A DNA stretch of 62,891 bases, the filler included, from Sphaeroforma arctica JP610 (lineage: Eukaryota), in NCBI RefSeq assembly GCF_001186125.1. It is 4 parts of 2 records of this genome, joined end to end, with 100 filler letters (N's around TTAATTAATTAA, not from the genome) between each part and the next. Parts side by side here need not be neighbours in the genome. Positions count along the whole stretch, not along the records: positions 24,812 to 54,091 come from NW_014040555.1; 3 more parts are not named here. The stretch is one strand, 5' to 3'. The first letter of the stretch is position 1, and the number at the start of each line of letters is the position of its first letter. The translations under genes and the position numbers were made by a program. Of this stretch, positions 24,712 through 37,385 are shown piece after piece. A model generated the notes under the pieces. That model was given only the letters and a program-made list of their open reading frames with translations. It was not told where the DNA came from and ran no database searches.

Positions 24712-24811
24712 NNNNNNNNNNNNNNNNNNNNNNNNNNNNNNNNNNNNNNNNNNNNTTAATTAATTAANNNNNNNNNNNNNNNNNNNNNNNNNNNNNNNNN
24801 NNNNNNNNNNN
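24712..24811. other. Assembly spacer (100 nt, N + TTAATTAATTAA)
   Basis: Identical construct at 54092-54191 and 61169-61268; the linker puts stops in all six frames. Confidence 0.95.
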
Positions 24812-27200
24812 CATGTGTAAGAGTTTTAAAACTTCCGTGACGAACGTACATCAGGCTTTTGGAGTGATGAACCATCTCTGTATTGTTCTGAACAAGAGTC
24901 TATTCGGAATGTTACGATTCAATGCAGAGAAAATCTCTTTGGTTACTATATTGTATATGCCTAATAAAATAAAATAAAATACGATATGATATGATGGCCA
25001 TAATGGAACAATCTGAAGACGCTTTGGTGAAATGGTTATTCTCAGGCTTTGGTAAATAAAGCTAAAGCTAAAAATACAAGTGGACAGAGGAATGAATAAC
25101 GGCATAGCGCCAGATGCGGACGAGGATCAGTAGCAGCCCTACCACTGGACCGTGCAAGGTGAGATACGACCGTAGTAGGTTCTGATGCGCCCGGATTCGG
25201 CTTGGAATAGTCGTGCGCGGGATTTGTTGCGTAGGTGATAAATTCGATGGCGATATCGGTTATATCCATGAAAGGGGAGGCGTTGGTCCGGAGTTGGCGG
25301 CATTGTTGGCATTTGTTGGGGGTGATGGATTTGTTTCGTTGGAAGTACTTGGAGATTGAGTCCAAAGGTATGGTCACCACAAATACCGTAGTCCGTCAGC
25401 TTATAGGTCTGGAGGGAGGCTGGGGTGATAGGCCGGTGATACGCATGTTCTGTACCAGTTAACAAGCATAGAGGTAGTTCAAGTGCCACGTATTACGCAG
25501 GGTAGTCTCGATTGTGTTCATACGTAGTCCGTGATTTGTAGATGGATAGCCATACTTACGGGCTTTGAAGTTGAAATCCCCCAAACGGCGTCTGGTTGGA
25601 AATTGCCATCTCAGGAGGATTCATGTATTACCTGACGTCTTCTTCGGTAATTCATTTGAGTGGGAGATAGAACACGGCCATACGAACGCCAAAGCACACA
25701 AAGGAAATACAAGTTGAAATTTCGACCGGTGGTGTTTTGAAAAACCCACAGTGTGAAGGGTGTAAGATATTATGCCGTGTTATGTGATGTAGAATAGGAT
25801 AGTGTGTGTTCGAGCGTATATGATCAAGAAATGTGATGTTATGCCAGGTTTCAACCACACACATAACATCAACCTGACCCCCAATCAATATAACGTTCAA
25901 ACACTCATCTGTATGTGCTGCGTTGTCCCATGTTGAGTCCTTGTGGGTTGAAGAGCGTCATCCTCATTGGCCCTAACTTTGTTCATCCTCGGTCAACACT
26001 ACTGGACTCTCCTCCTTCTTGATGTCAGCCATTTCTATATCGTTGCCTGTCGTCGAAGAGTCTGTGGTGGAAAGTTGAGGCAGCGTATTGGTAGCCATCG
26101 TATCGGATGGTTGTGTCGGAAAGACTGCTGGTACGTGGAGTCGACCGGACTGCGCACGCGCTGGTTCTTTAGCGCCTGCCGGGATTCGCGGGTTAGGTAG
26201 GAGGAGGTTCTCATCATGCTTTGCTTGGTATGCCTTCTGGAGACGGTCCGTGGTAGATTGGAGGATGTCTGTGTTATTGGAGTTGACAAGGGGGTTCAGT
26301 AGAGCATCCATGCTACGAGCGAGAATTTTGGCGCTCGTTCATGTGTGCAGCGGGCCTCCCGCTTGGTGCGAAGATAGTGGATTAAAGCTGCTTTCGTAGC
26401 GTCGGGATGTCGTTGGGAGCGGGGGTCGATGGTTTTATCAAATTGCCATTTCCACGTAAGTTCTGCATCTCGATTCACCTGGGCGACAGCGTCGCTAGGA
26501 ACTCAAAGCGAACGAAACTGGTGGAGCTCCTACGGCGGTTTCATTAAGAACTCGGTTTGGACGGGAAATACCAAAGAAAGTGGTGGCAATTGAGAAGTGG
26601 TTGGGCGTGCCAGTATTTTTCAACTACTGATTGGGATGGGGGCTTGCCGTTAGGGAAAATTGCCCGGAAGAAGAGCCATACCGGAGCTATGTCATCTATT
26701 TCGTCAAGAGTTTTGTCCGGCATCGGGCGGCCCATCACTTTCGTCAAAAGGTGTGCGGGCACTGTCAGCTGCATTAGGGGCTGAGAAGCTGGTGGGGTCG
26801 GGCATTTTTTGGGACTCGGTTTTGCGGGTTTAAATACTTTTGAGCGATAGCTGGGAGGCTCACTGCTGCTATTGGGCGCCTGTGACCGCGTGAAGTATAG
26901 GCGCTGGTCTTTTTTTTTCAAAAGACACCTACGCACGCGCAGGAATTGATGCCATGCTGCGATGCCTTGCACTTGCTGAAGAAATGGTCAAGAGTCTTAA
27001 GGCAACGGAAGTAGACATTAAGGGTTCTGTTATCGCACGCATCACACCTATTGAGAAAGACAGAGTGGCAGTTGAGAGTGCATACGAAGCAGGAGATTTG
27101 CCGTTGTTCAATGCGACTTACTGTTAGTGCGTGAATCAGGAGGAACAATGGTCGACCGTATGTGCGGCTAGAGCGTTGAGACAAGTGCCCAGTCGCTGTA
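24812..27200 (-). mobile_element. Degenerate non-LTR retrotransposon (LINE): ORF1-like region plus APE endonuclease, truncated at the gap
   Basis: DVMCVVETW (~25870), LGDFNFK (~25585) and HRPI (~25440) match AP-endonuclease motifs in the expected order; broken ORF1-like frames at 27184-25973; many frameshifts. Confidence 0.7.
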
Positions 27201-27220
27201 CATGTGAATGTCGGTCTTTC

Positions 27221-27350
27221 CAGGCTGACTATATAGTACCAAAATATTTACGATACAATGATTGCAATGTACATCAAGTTTTGCCTCAGCCTTAAGTAGT
27301 GAGCTAATGATTTTAGGGGATTTAAGACTGAGACTGTCTTAGGTCTCTTG
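27221..27350 (+). mobile_element. Terminal segment of a DNA transposon/MITE, inverted homologue of 31865-31996
   Basis: CAGGCTGACTATATAGTACCAAAATATTTACG matches the reverse complement of 31965-31996 at 25/32, and a second block AAGTTTTGCCTCAGCCTTAAGTAGTGAG is also shared. Confidence 0.55.
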
Positions 27351-27479
27351 ACTGAGGATGTTGTCTTTGACTCATTTTTGAAATAAATAATAATATCCCT
27401 ATGTCGATCTAGATTCGTTTGGTGTCAATAACTAAAATCAGAAAATGTTCTATTTGTCACATTCTATTTAGTTTGTATT

Positions 27480-29370
27480 CTTCAAACGGTCCATCCTATA
27501 CCTTACTCTGAGCGCTACCGAATTGGAAAAAGATTGCCAGACTAATGAAAGTCGAAGCGTTGAACAGCATGGAAAGGAAAGAAGGTTGTGGAGGACAGCA
27601 TTCAAACGAAGCGGTGTGAGGCAGCGGTTGTAGCTGCACTTTAAAAGGTCGCCAAGGAAGGGGCTGTATGAAGATAATTGCTAGTGCAACCAACTTTATT
27701 ATACATCGACAATAATGACAGCTTGCTGGAGTATCAGCTGCATGGTGTGGTCGAATCAAGATGGACCAAAGTGTATCTAGTCTCAGGTGTAGCACTTACT
27801 TTAAAAGAATGTCTATTGGATCATATACAAACATATATCATTTCTATGGCGGTTGCATTAACTAAACGGAAGATTTTGTTCTACATATAGGATGTGGCGG
27901 CGGGGTGATTGATGCTCTGAGCACTACCTGTAAAGAATGCAAAAACCGTGGCACAGAATTAGTATCGGTATTTTCTGAGCATGGGTTTCCTTGTAAGATT
28001 CCGAGCAATGAGGGCAACGAATTTGTTAATGTCGTGAAAGCTATTATTCGGGCATGTACTCGGAATTATTCATACGACATCTCAGCCACACCGACCTCAG
28101 TCCCGGGGCGCTGCCGAACGATATCATGAAAAATAAATAAATATGTGCGAGTATTTTGTGTATGCTGCCTGGAGTTATGGGATAAGCGTTTATCATTCAG
28201 TATGTGCCAAAACGTTCAAATATGACGGCGTCACAAATCAACATGTGCTTGCTAAAGATCTAGAGATAGAAGTAACTCCGTACATTTACGGATGTTGGAG
28301 ACATGAGTGTACTGTAGCTTCTGGGTGCTACATGTGTCAGACTGTCAGTGGCAACCGTGAGCAGATTAGACAAAGAAAGTCTGGGTTGTGTGTTTAATAA
28401 TGACAGAAGTTTTAGCTAAAACCCTAAACCCTATACCCTATATAAAAACCTCATTTGCAATTACTAGTGATACAACTTGCTACAGAAATACAAGAGTGAC
28501 ATCTCTTGTGGAAGAACAATTTGCTTTGCGTAGTACCACAAAGTGAGTGTACTGTAGCGTACTATACCTGGAACTGGTAGAGGAGACAGCCACAGCGGGT
28601 GCAGCTGTAGCAGACAGAGGAGTGGCAACAGAGGAAGCAGTGTTCACCAGGTTTTGCAGGAGAAGTCGCAAGCAGGTGACACGCTTGTGAGGCACAAGTT
28701 TGGGCGTGAGTCGAAAAACTTTTGTGCCGCAGAATATTTTTCTGAAGTACAGGAGTATGAAGTATTGAATAAAAGTGAGGACTCTTCTTTAAATACTCAA
28801 AGAATAATAGAGTTGGCGAAAGAACGTGACATACCTCAGAAAGTGTTGCAGTACCTGCTATCAGACTGTAAAGCCATAGCTGAAGTTCTAGGCATCCACG
28901 ATTTCTTAACTTTTCTGGCTCGGTTCTATATGAGATTCATGAAGCGATACCGCAGTTTGCAATTTAATTCAACAAGAACCCTCTCAAGTTGGAAGCGCTC
29001 GAGCTAACAGTGGAAGCATGACTGGCGGCAGGGATAATTGAGAAGATAAAAAAAATGCTCAGTTCCGCATTTGCTACACAAAATCCGGGGGTCAAACCTG
29101 TGACAGTGAATGATTGACGCTGCTACAATTACCTCAAATGTGTGTACACTCAGCTACGAGCAGAGCCACACTACATTCCTACAAAACGAGAGTATTTGTC
29201 TACGTTGAAAGGCAGGCATTGGTGACCACAGTTGATAGAACAAGGGTTGTGTCAGCGTCGGGTGGCGTCGGGTGGCGTCAGGTGGCGGTTGGTTCGAGAA
29301 AATATTATCTTTTCTCACACCTAAAGGGTAGTACACGTTTGTGGGTAAAGGGGGGGGGGGATAGGGTTAC
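27480..29370 (+). mobile_element. Highly decayed LTR-retrotransposon integrase region
   Basis: VIDALS...VFSEHGFPCKIPSNEGNEFVN resembles the rve core (fG.P..i.sDnG.eF); purine tract AAGGGGGGGGGGGA at ~29348-29361 may be its PPT. Boundaries are approximate. Confidence 0.5.
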
Positions 29371-29479
29371 ACGACGTGGTCTAATATATAGAAGATATAT
29401 CGTTCGCTCATGACGACCCACATGAACATTGGTCCAGTCTTCCGGCACTAGTATCACTCTATGTGCACTTTTATACGCA

Positions 29480-32400
29480 GCTAAGCACTGGCCGAGAGCA
29501 GGGCCAGGATGCGACCAAAGTTCGGGACGTAATCAGAACACCAACTAACGGTTGTGGTACCAGAATTTTAGCAAATCTATAGAGGTTGGTACACTGAGAG
29601 TGAGTAACGCCTTCAAACACTCTGTATCAATTGTTGACTCTATGTAGTCTACGAGTCTGCCCAATATATGCACTGGTTTGTGTACCTAATGAATCATTGC
29701 GTGACTGTGCGGTGTTGGCTGAGCCGCAGCCGGAAGGACAGCTAGTGATATACGCTTATGCATCTAAATCCGTGGGTGAGGGTTGATTCCTGGCTATCAT
29801 CAAAAGGAATGAGCTACTACCCGGTTGCATCTTTGCTTCGCGATATGACTGCGCTTAGCTAGCGTACCTTATCACCGACAAGGAAGCTCTGGCTCTGGTC
29901 TATGAGATTCACAAGAATACTAGAATCCTTTGTCTGATAATTGTCCTTATCTGCTTGCACACGGACCACCAAACATTGGTGGCTATACTGAGCAAGGCAA
30001 GTGGTGCCTTTCCGGATGATGCCTGGGGACGGCGCATGGGATGGTACTTTGATATCCTTTAGAACTTTAACATTGGATCGATGTTACATGTTCCGGGTGT
30101 TGATAATCCGACTGTAGACCCGATCTTGCGTGTAAAAGGGCGCAGACTGGGCTTTACCGTGTCTTTCGCGGAGCAGTTGGTTCAACTACCTGCTACCGAG
30201 TAGTACATGTTTGCGTCCTTGTACTTTTGGCGAATTGATAAAAATGGGAACCACATACGGCGGATGGCTTTGCTTTACCGGACGACAATGTGATCCCGTA
30301 CTATTGTGTACCCACCCTGTAGGGGTGTGTATTTGCACGCTACTGGGCCGACCCCATAGTCTATTTCTTTTCAACCACATTTGGACACTGATTGAAGCGG
30401 CGCTGACAAAGGTACAATCTGATTAGGCGTGGTGCACTCCCGATTGTCCGTATTGGCCATCGGCCGCCTGGTTTCCACTACTCTGCACTCTCCTTGCGGA
30501 TAACTCTCTGCTCATTCCGCGCACCGGTGGTGTCTTCACCCAGCATAGACACTTGTCTACTGGTCCCACGTCGGTTGAAACTCGCTTGTCGTCAAGGTCC
30601 CCGTTTGTTTGCAGTCCCTCCGGGTCTGTGGCAACGTTGTGAGACGTTGGCAGCTGCACATTTAGACATTACTTCATCTGACACGCAGTCATTAGGGATC
30701 CCTAGGCGAATGGAAAATGTGACTTCTGTTGCGCCTCATGCGGTGGTCAAATCGGTACAAGTGGGCTGCTTTCTTCGTGTCGCAGCTGCGCTGATAAGGG
30801 TATCTGCTGCTGCCCCTTCGGTTTCTAAGCCAGCGATGTCTGCGAAACGACAGAAGTTACGTCTGAGGGTCATTGCCGTTTGGGCGTCCGATTTTTTTTA
30901 ATGCAGCGCATGAAATAAAGAGAGGAGCACGCAGTGGAGTCTGCAAACGGGTGCAGCCGTCTCTGTCGCTGGGGCAGCACGTTGTTCCTGCGCATATTGT
31001 GAGACTGACAGAGAGGTCCGGCCTATGGAGGACGAGTATTTTCTGGAGGCCGAGGCGCATTCCCCTGTGTTGGCACTCCAGCCTAAAAGACCACGCACGG
31101 ACACTCAACAGGCAGTGGACCCGTGACAGGTTCTACTGGCGAGTCCCTCAAGTGCTTTGTGAGGCGTACACCTCTCGGGTGCGCAGGTCACCAAGGCACT
31201 CCAGTATCTTTACGTGACGTATGTGCATGCTGCTCAAACCCCGCTACAGCATTTGGTTCGTGAAATCATAGGTTGTGCAAAAATAGCTGGTTCCTTATAA
31301 TATAATTGCATCTTTAAAGTAAATATATAACTCCGGAGTACGTAAAAATGTCTATGTAAATATTATGCAATGATTGAAGCAATCCAATGTCGGACTTTCA
31401 ATTATGAAATAGTACGTTTTAGAGTATGGAGACTCTACTGTGGACATTTGGTGGTTTTATTGAAACAATAGTTTTCCACTATCAGTTAAAATGACACTAA
31501 ATTTGACACCTGGCTGGTGTATTTTCTAATACTCATATAATCACATAACAGAATCCTCTGTGAAATAGAACATGATTTTGATTCCTCCTAGCCAACCAAC
31601 TAAATGTGCCCGTCTACGCCTTTTGAATGGGATGGAGATCTAGATACCAAGTAAAGGGGTTTCAGGTGCAGTGGAAATACTGAACCAGCTTGGTGTTTTG
31701 ATATGTATGTGTTTTTTTTACTAAGTTGTATTTGAATATATATATATATATATGGATAGTTACCATTGGAGGGTTGTTTCGAAGCATGAATACGACCAAT
31801 GGAACCAATTTAATTTTAGTTGACTTAGTGAGTGACTAGAGCGGAACTACATAAATATTAAATAGAAAACAGTCAGAGTCTAAAATATCTTAATAGTTTT
31901 TTCTCACTACCTAGGGCTGAAGCTAAACTTATTTATTTTACAAACTAATAACGTATTTCCGTTAACGTGAATGTTTTAGTATCGTATAGTCAGGCTGGTT
32001 ATACTGACTTTACGGCTGTTTACGGGAGCCAGTCTGCATGATTGGCAGAGTCTGTGGTCCGTGCCAGATCTGCGGGTGCCCGCCTAGCTATCTTGCAGCA
32101 ACCAGTGCGTGCTGTTGCTCTCTCGGTAATTCGGTCCATGGACTTTCTAGATATTCCTCGGACGACTTGTGGATGAATGAATATTCTAAAGCATAAACAC
32201 GTACAAGTTACTGGCAGCACGGGTATTCACCCAAGCTACGAAACATGTGCGAGATTATATCATCCAGTTTGTGCGGGAACAGATGCTTCCTGGAGGCGTG
32301 GCCTTGCAGATTGCCGCGGATCGGGGAACTGCATTTGACAACTCGACGTTTGCCAGTTTTATGTCTATATTTAGACATGTATGTCCATCTTGCTTCGGTA

Positions 32401-33100
32401 GGTCATCATGAGGGCAATGATCGTGCAGAGCGTGCCATTCGATGACACTATTATATACCATGTGTGGGAAACAAACTTCCTGCTGCCATGCTTGCATACA
32501 ATGCTACTGTGGCACCTCAGACAGGGTTCACATCTCGCCGTTCATTGATTACAAGGGTCGTATCTGTGAAAGCTGTCAAAAGGTCATCCTGCAGCGTAAT
32601 ATTGGTTAACTGTTGGTCAGATGTAGGCCTAAGATCGATTGTTTTAAACCGTGTAGCCTTGCACATGGATGAGCATTCACGTGTGCAGCAACAGCAGTAT
32701 GTCAACAAAGCTCGCCGTGACACGCCGCTGATGCCTGTTGGCACCCGAGTACAATTTTAATGAGATGTTGGGCATCATAAGTTGAGAGCACATTGGTTTG
32801 TACCTGCCGTGGTGACATGTTGCTGTCAGGCATGTTGCAAATTTAAGAGCAAACAAGTATGTCTAATCGTACTTGTCATGCATACTCGGTGGATATTACC
32901 TCTGAGATAAAAGCAGCCCGTTGTCTATGAGTGTCTAGAGCCTAAAAGGCGTGACTGTTTCGTGAGGCCGCATTTGCAGCGTTCCCGGTCGCAGCGAGAG
33001 GGGTATTATCCCGCCTGTTATCAGTCAGTACTAAATCGCATTGGTAGAACATAGTCTGCGTGGGCTAGATAGTAAAAATAAATAAATAGCGCACCGCTGG
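29480..33100 (+). mobile_element. Degenerate Ty3/Gypsy pol (RNase H + integrase), interrupted by an AT-rich insert at ~31260-31996
   Basis: YAYASK, TDKEALALVY, LHTDHQTL and HVPGVDNPTVDPILR (RNase H); RDRFYW, SMDFLDIP, ADRGTAFDN, EGNDRAERAIR and LPAAMLAYNAT..TGFT (integrase); PPT-like GAGAGGGG at ~32996. Confidence 0.8.
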
Positions 33101-34075
33101 TTAATGGTGTTGCAGCTGTCATACTTAGGGTTCATATATTAGGGCACAAGTACTAATTTGCTTCAGATGTCCGTAGTATGTTGGATCACGGCGGGTATCT
33201 CGCTGTTGCAGTTGCGTACATGCGTGCGTGTGGACAGCGATACTGTGTTTTGTGCCAAAATGAGATGCAAGTGGCCAACTATTGACATCTCGGTTGTTTC
33301 GGATGAAAACTTTGTTTTAAGCCCTACAGAGAGGCGCCCTTGTTCGGTGCTCTAAAGAGTACTTGCGTGTATCACTTACTATTGCGCTATTAAAATACAT
33401 ATATTTGTTCACAGCTGCACTATGTCAAAGCATATTTTTTATTTTTGGCAAACAAAGGTTACACAGTTATACTGACTGCTATATTACTGGTAAGGAAGTG
33501 TGTGGTTACTTCTCTATGTTTTCTTTTTTTTATGCTGCATAGATTAGATTTATATATTTTGTCACACGAGCAAAAAATATTAACAAGAACGCAATATGCA
33601 TTGTTGTCACATACTTGTGCGGTTTTTGGACGCGATGGACTGAATAAGTGGATCTTCTCGTTGTGTTGTCGATCGAATCGTTCATTTCCCTGTTGGAGTG
33701 ATAGATTCCCTTGGCTTCACTGGCGTATGACGGTACTGGTGGTACCTGGCGATAGTCTCTAACCATAACACGTGCAAAATGTGCCTTTGCAGCGACATTC
33801 GAGTCATATGTTTGATTTTTGTACTAAGTAAATGGCACATAATGTGATGGATACGGGGGACAATGTCATAGTTATTTATTAGGTAGGGTGTCATCAAGAT
33901 ACTACCTATGTCGCTATGGACTCGGTTTTGTTTCACAGAGGGGTGCCCAAAAGAAAGCGGGATCGATGGGTTTATATACTGATCTCAAAACTGTAATGAA
34001 TTGTTGCAGGCATATATATCGCAGGATTGATAAATTCACTCATACCAACAGATATAAAGTGGGAATCATTACTCA

Positions 34076-34548
34076 CGTATATGAGGATGACCCAGAGCAC
34101 GAACACGAAAGTTTTTGATTGACACTCATAGACTTCTTAGAAACCAATTCAAATATACCTCCATATATACATTACAATCTACCGGGCTCAAAAGTCACAG
34201 TTCCAGCAGATAAAACCAGTGTCAGACAAATGAGGCATGCAAAAGTGAGCTTTATACCACACAAGTACACCTTACAAACAAAAGGCAATGTAGCATATCT
34301 TCAAACATACCCGTATATGAGGATGACCCAGAGCACGAACACGAAAGTTTTTGATTGACACTCATAGACTTCTTAGAAACCAATTCAAATATACCTCCAG
34401 ACATACATTACAATCTACCGGGCTCAAAAGTCACAGTTCCAGCAGATAAAACCAGTGTCAGACAAATGAGGCATGCAAAAAGTGAGCTTTATACCACACA
34501 AGTACACCTTACAAACAAAAGACAATGTAGCATATCTTCAAACATACC
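34076..34548. repeat. Near-perfect 236-bp tandem duplication inside the Gypsy element
   Basis: CGTATATGAGGATGACCCAGAGC at 34076 and 34312; copies differ by a few bases. Confidence 0.95.
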
Positions 34549-35636
34549 CAACCAACCACAGTGAACCTGCCACTGTTGTATATGGGGGAACATGACCAGG
34601 CAGGTCTATCAAGAAAGTCCGAACGTGCATAGACTTACGAGAAATCACTTATCAGTACGAACAAGAAAAATTTGTGCTACCAAAAATAAAATAGTACACA
34701 ACCGGCAGGAGCACAACACTTCTCGAAACTTCACTTCCTAGTAGATGAAACAAGCTTCACTTCCTAGCAGATGAAACAAACAGATCTACCCATATACATA
34801 AAGGAATTGCAGGTTTCCGGCTCACAGAAAGGTAACATCGTAAAACGGTACGTGAAGTCTTCAGAAGTTGAACGGCGCGCACTTCCGACTCATCAACAGG
34901 AATGTGCCTTCGAAGTCAAAACAGGAATGTACTGGGCGTGAAGGTCACCACACAAAGTCTCAAAGCAGAGCCCGAGAAACAGAAATTAAAGATCAACTGA
35001 CCACTGCCCAGACCAAAATGATATATACAGAGTAGCGAGACTCGCAAACTATATACGTGACCATGTCCCCGACTTCACTCATACCATTGAGCACTTCCGC
35101 AACTCGATGAAAGGAAAAATAAACTAGAACATCTCAATGTTAAGGACACCGGACCTGAAGAAAAAAAGTGTAAAGAACTCAAAAAGACAACTGCATGCTC
35201 CGCGACATTGGCATACTCAGTTAATGAGGATTCGTTTCAAATTATGGATGATAGGAGTGACCATATCATGGCGCTTATTTAAGAGTTTAGTTATAAATCA
35301 CGCGTAATCGACGGAAAATGGAAAGACAATTTATACTTCTTTAAAGGCTTGGACCCAGCTCAAAATCGATATGGCACGAATATGGAGGAGCTACTCGCAC
35401 TGGTATACAGCCTAGATCCCTTCACGGGGCACATTGAACGCGATGACATAACACTCTAGACGGATCATAGAGCGCTTGCGCTTTACACCCAATGCTAGCT
35501 AAATGAACAGCTAAGACATTCCACCATCACTTCTCGATATTACATGTACCGGGCAAGGACAACCAAATAACAAATATGTTGTCACGTTTACATGAAGACA
35601 CATAATACAAAAACTTCAGAAGTATTTAAATGTGCA

Positions 35637-35905
35637 TGTAGCATCCAGGGACCAGATTATCAGAAAAGCCAGTCCTAAACCCAAAACCCAGGATTATCAA
35701 ATACTGAGTTTGGATCTAGGATCCAATATTTATGAAGGAAGAGAAATCAGAAATTATAGTGGGAGTACTACCGGCAGATGATACCGGGACTCCCGCGTGT
35801 GAGAGAAACACTTTAGTAATAATTGAGTCTAGTGTAGAAAACGACAATCACAAATAAAGACTCAATGCGAGTCCCTCAGCCTAGGACGTTTACGTAGCTG
35901 AGAGA
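35637..35905 (+). repeat. LTR copy 1 (internal)
   Basis: Starts TGTAGCATCCAG; aligns to 36609-36880 through AGCTGAGAGA. Confidence 0.85.
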
Positions 35906-36608
35906 CCTAACTCGGTCAGTGATGAGTTAATTGGCCTAGACAAGAAGGCTGGCGAGCTCGAAGATTCTGCCACCAACAGTCAAGTACAGCCATCAGAAAA
36001 GACTCAATTCTCCTCGATACTTGACCACAGAGAATCCACAAGAGGTAGTGGAACCCAGGATTACCTACTGCAATGGACAGATGGGGAGCGTACCTGGATG
36101 CTGATATTCTTATGGTATACCGACAGCGTAAAACACGCAAGCGAAGGCAATATAGGCTGAAGAAGTCAACAGCAACAAGCACTGATGAACTATCAAAGAG
36201 CAACAGGCAGCGCACGAGGCGGGGAACTTAGCCAAGTTTCACTGACATTGAAGGACACTCCCACTTCTCTCACCTTGAAGCATACTTTGCCCACACACCA
36301 GAGGGATAAGGACCAAAGACTCGGTTGAGAGCCACCGTTGAGATGCGTTTTCTTAAGCCAAGGTGAGATTAACCGAGAGAACAGGTCAAGACTGACTCCG
36401 ATGAGCGTGATAGAGAACTCTCGTTATTTAGTATAAATTAATTTAAAAAGTAATACGTAAGAATGAATAATGGTGGCAGGTTTTTCATCTTATGCTCCCT
36501 AAGAGACAAGTTTTTCCATGCACAAAAACCCCAACCTCTAGATAATCTAGTACTGTAAGATGTCACTTTCTACTCCTACGCAGGCTGAGAAGCATAAAGT
36601 TGGGGGGC

Positions 36609-36886
36609 TGTAGCATCCAGAGACCAGATTATCAGAAAAGTCAATTCTAAACCCAAAACCCAGGATTTGAATTATCAAATACTGAGTTTTGGATCTAGGA
36701 TCCAATATTTCTGATGACAGAGTGATCATAAATATAGCGTGAATACCGGTAGATGATACCGGGACTCCCGCGTGTGAGAGAAACACTTAAGTAATAATTG
36801 AATCTAGTGTAGAAAACAACAAACACAAATAAAGACTCAATGCGAGTCCCTCAGCCTAAGACTTTTACCTAGCTGAGAGATTCGCA
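36609..36886 (+). repeat. LTR copy 2 (3' LTR)
   Basis: TG start immediately after a G-rich PPT; possible CA end at 36886. Confidence 0.85.
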
Positions 36887-37166
36887 CTTGAGAAGAGGTC
36901 TATTGTTTCCTTTGGTCGTATATTTCGGTTACTTTTAAACTCTACATGCAAACAAACCGAAATAGCCAATAGTATACTCCCTTGGAGACGAAAATGCCAA
37001 TAACTTTACCAGCCATAGACTGGAAGTTATATACCAGATTCTACAAAGAAGCATTTTTTTTTTTGGCAAGTTCCCAGCAGATCTGGTCGCATCAGCACAC
37101 AACGCACACACAGACAATTACTACACCAAAGAACAAAATACGTTATCATAAAGTGGGGGCAAAAAT

Positions 37167-37385
37167 AAAATACTTGGGCAAATCCAAGGAACTCGTACCT
37201 GATGTCCTCGCCGTCATCGAAGTGATAACCTGCATAGTGCAACGCGGTCCACCAAATTCCTGACCTTGTCAGAAGAAGTCCCGATGCGAAAGAAAAAATA
37301 CTTGGGCAAATCCAGGGAACTCATACCTGGTGTCCTCGACGTCATCGAAGTGGCAACCAGCATAATGCAACGTGGTCCCCCACAA
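37167..37385. repeat. Diverged direct duplication, ~128-bp period
   Basis: AAAATACTTGGGCAAATCCA..GAACTC occurs twice (~37167 and ~37295). Confidence 0.8.

Larger units (their letters stand above)
33880..36886 (+). mobile_element. Degenerate chromodomain-bearing Ty3/Gypsy element (chromovirus)
   Basis: KVRTCIDLR (RT), LANYIRDHVPDF, LDPAQNRYGTNMEELLALVYSL, TDHRAL and HVPGKDNQITNMLSRL (RNase H); chromodomain-like ILDHRESTRGSGTQDYLLQWTDGERTW at ~36017-36097; PPT AAAGTTGGGGGGC then an LTR starting TGTAGC. Confidence 0.85.

Noticed and set aside
24756..24767. TTAATTAATTAA palindrome occurring three times (piggyBac TTAA sites?)
   Set aside because: Always centred in a 100-nt N block; an artificial six-frame-stop linker.
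28418..28443. Telomere-like CCCTAAA CCCTATA CCCTATA
   Set aside because: Only three imperfect units inside a transposon relic; too short to call an interstitial telomere.
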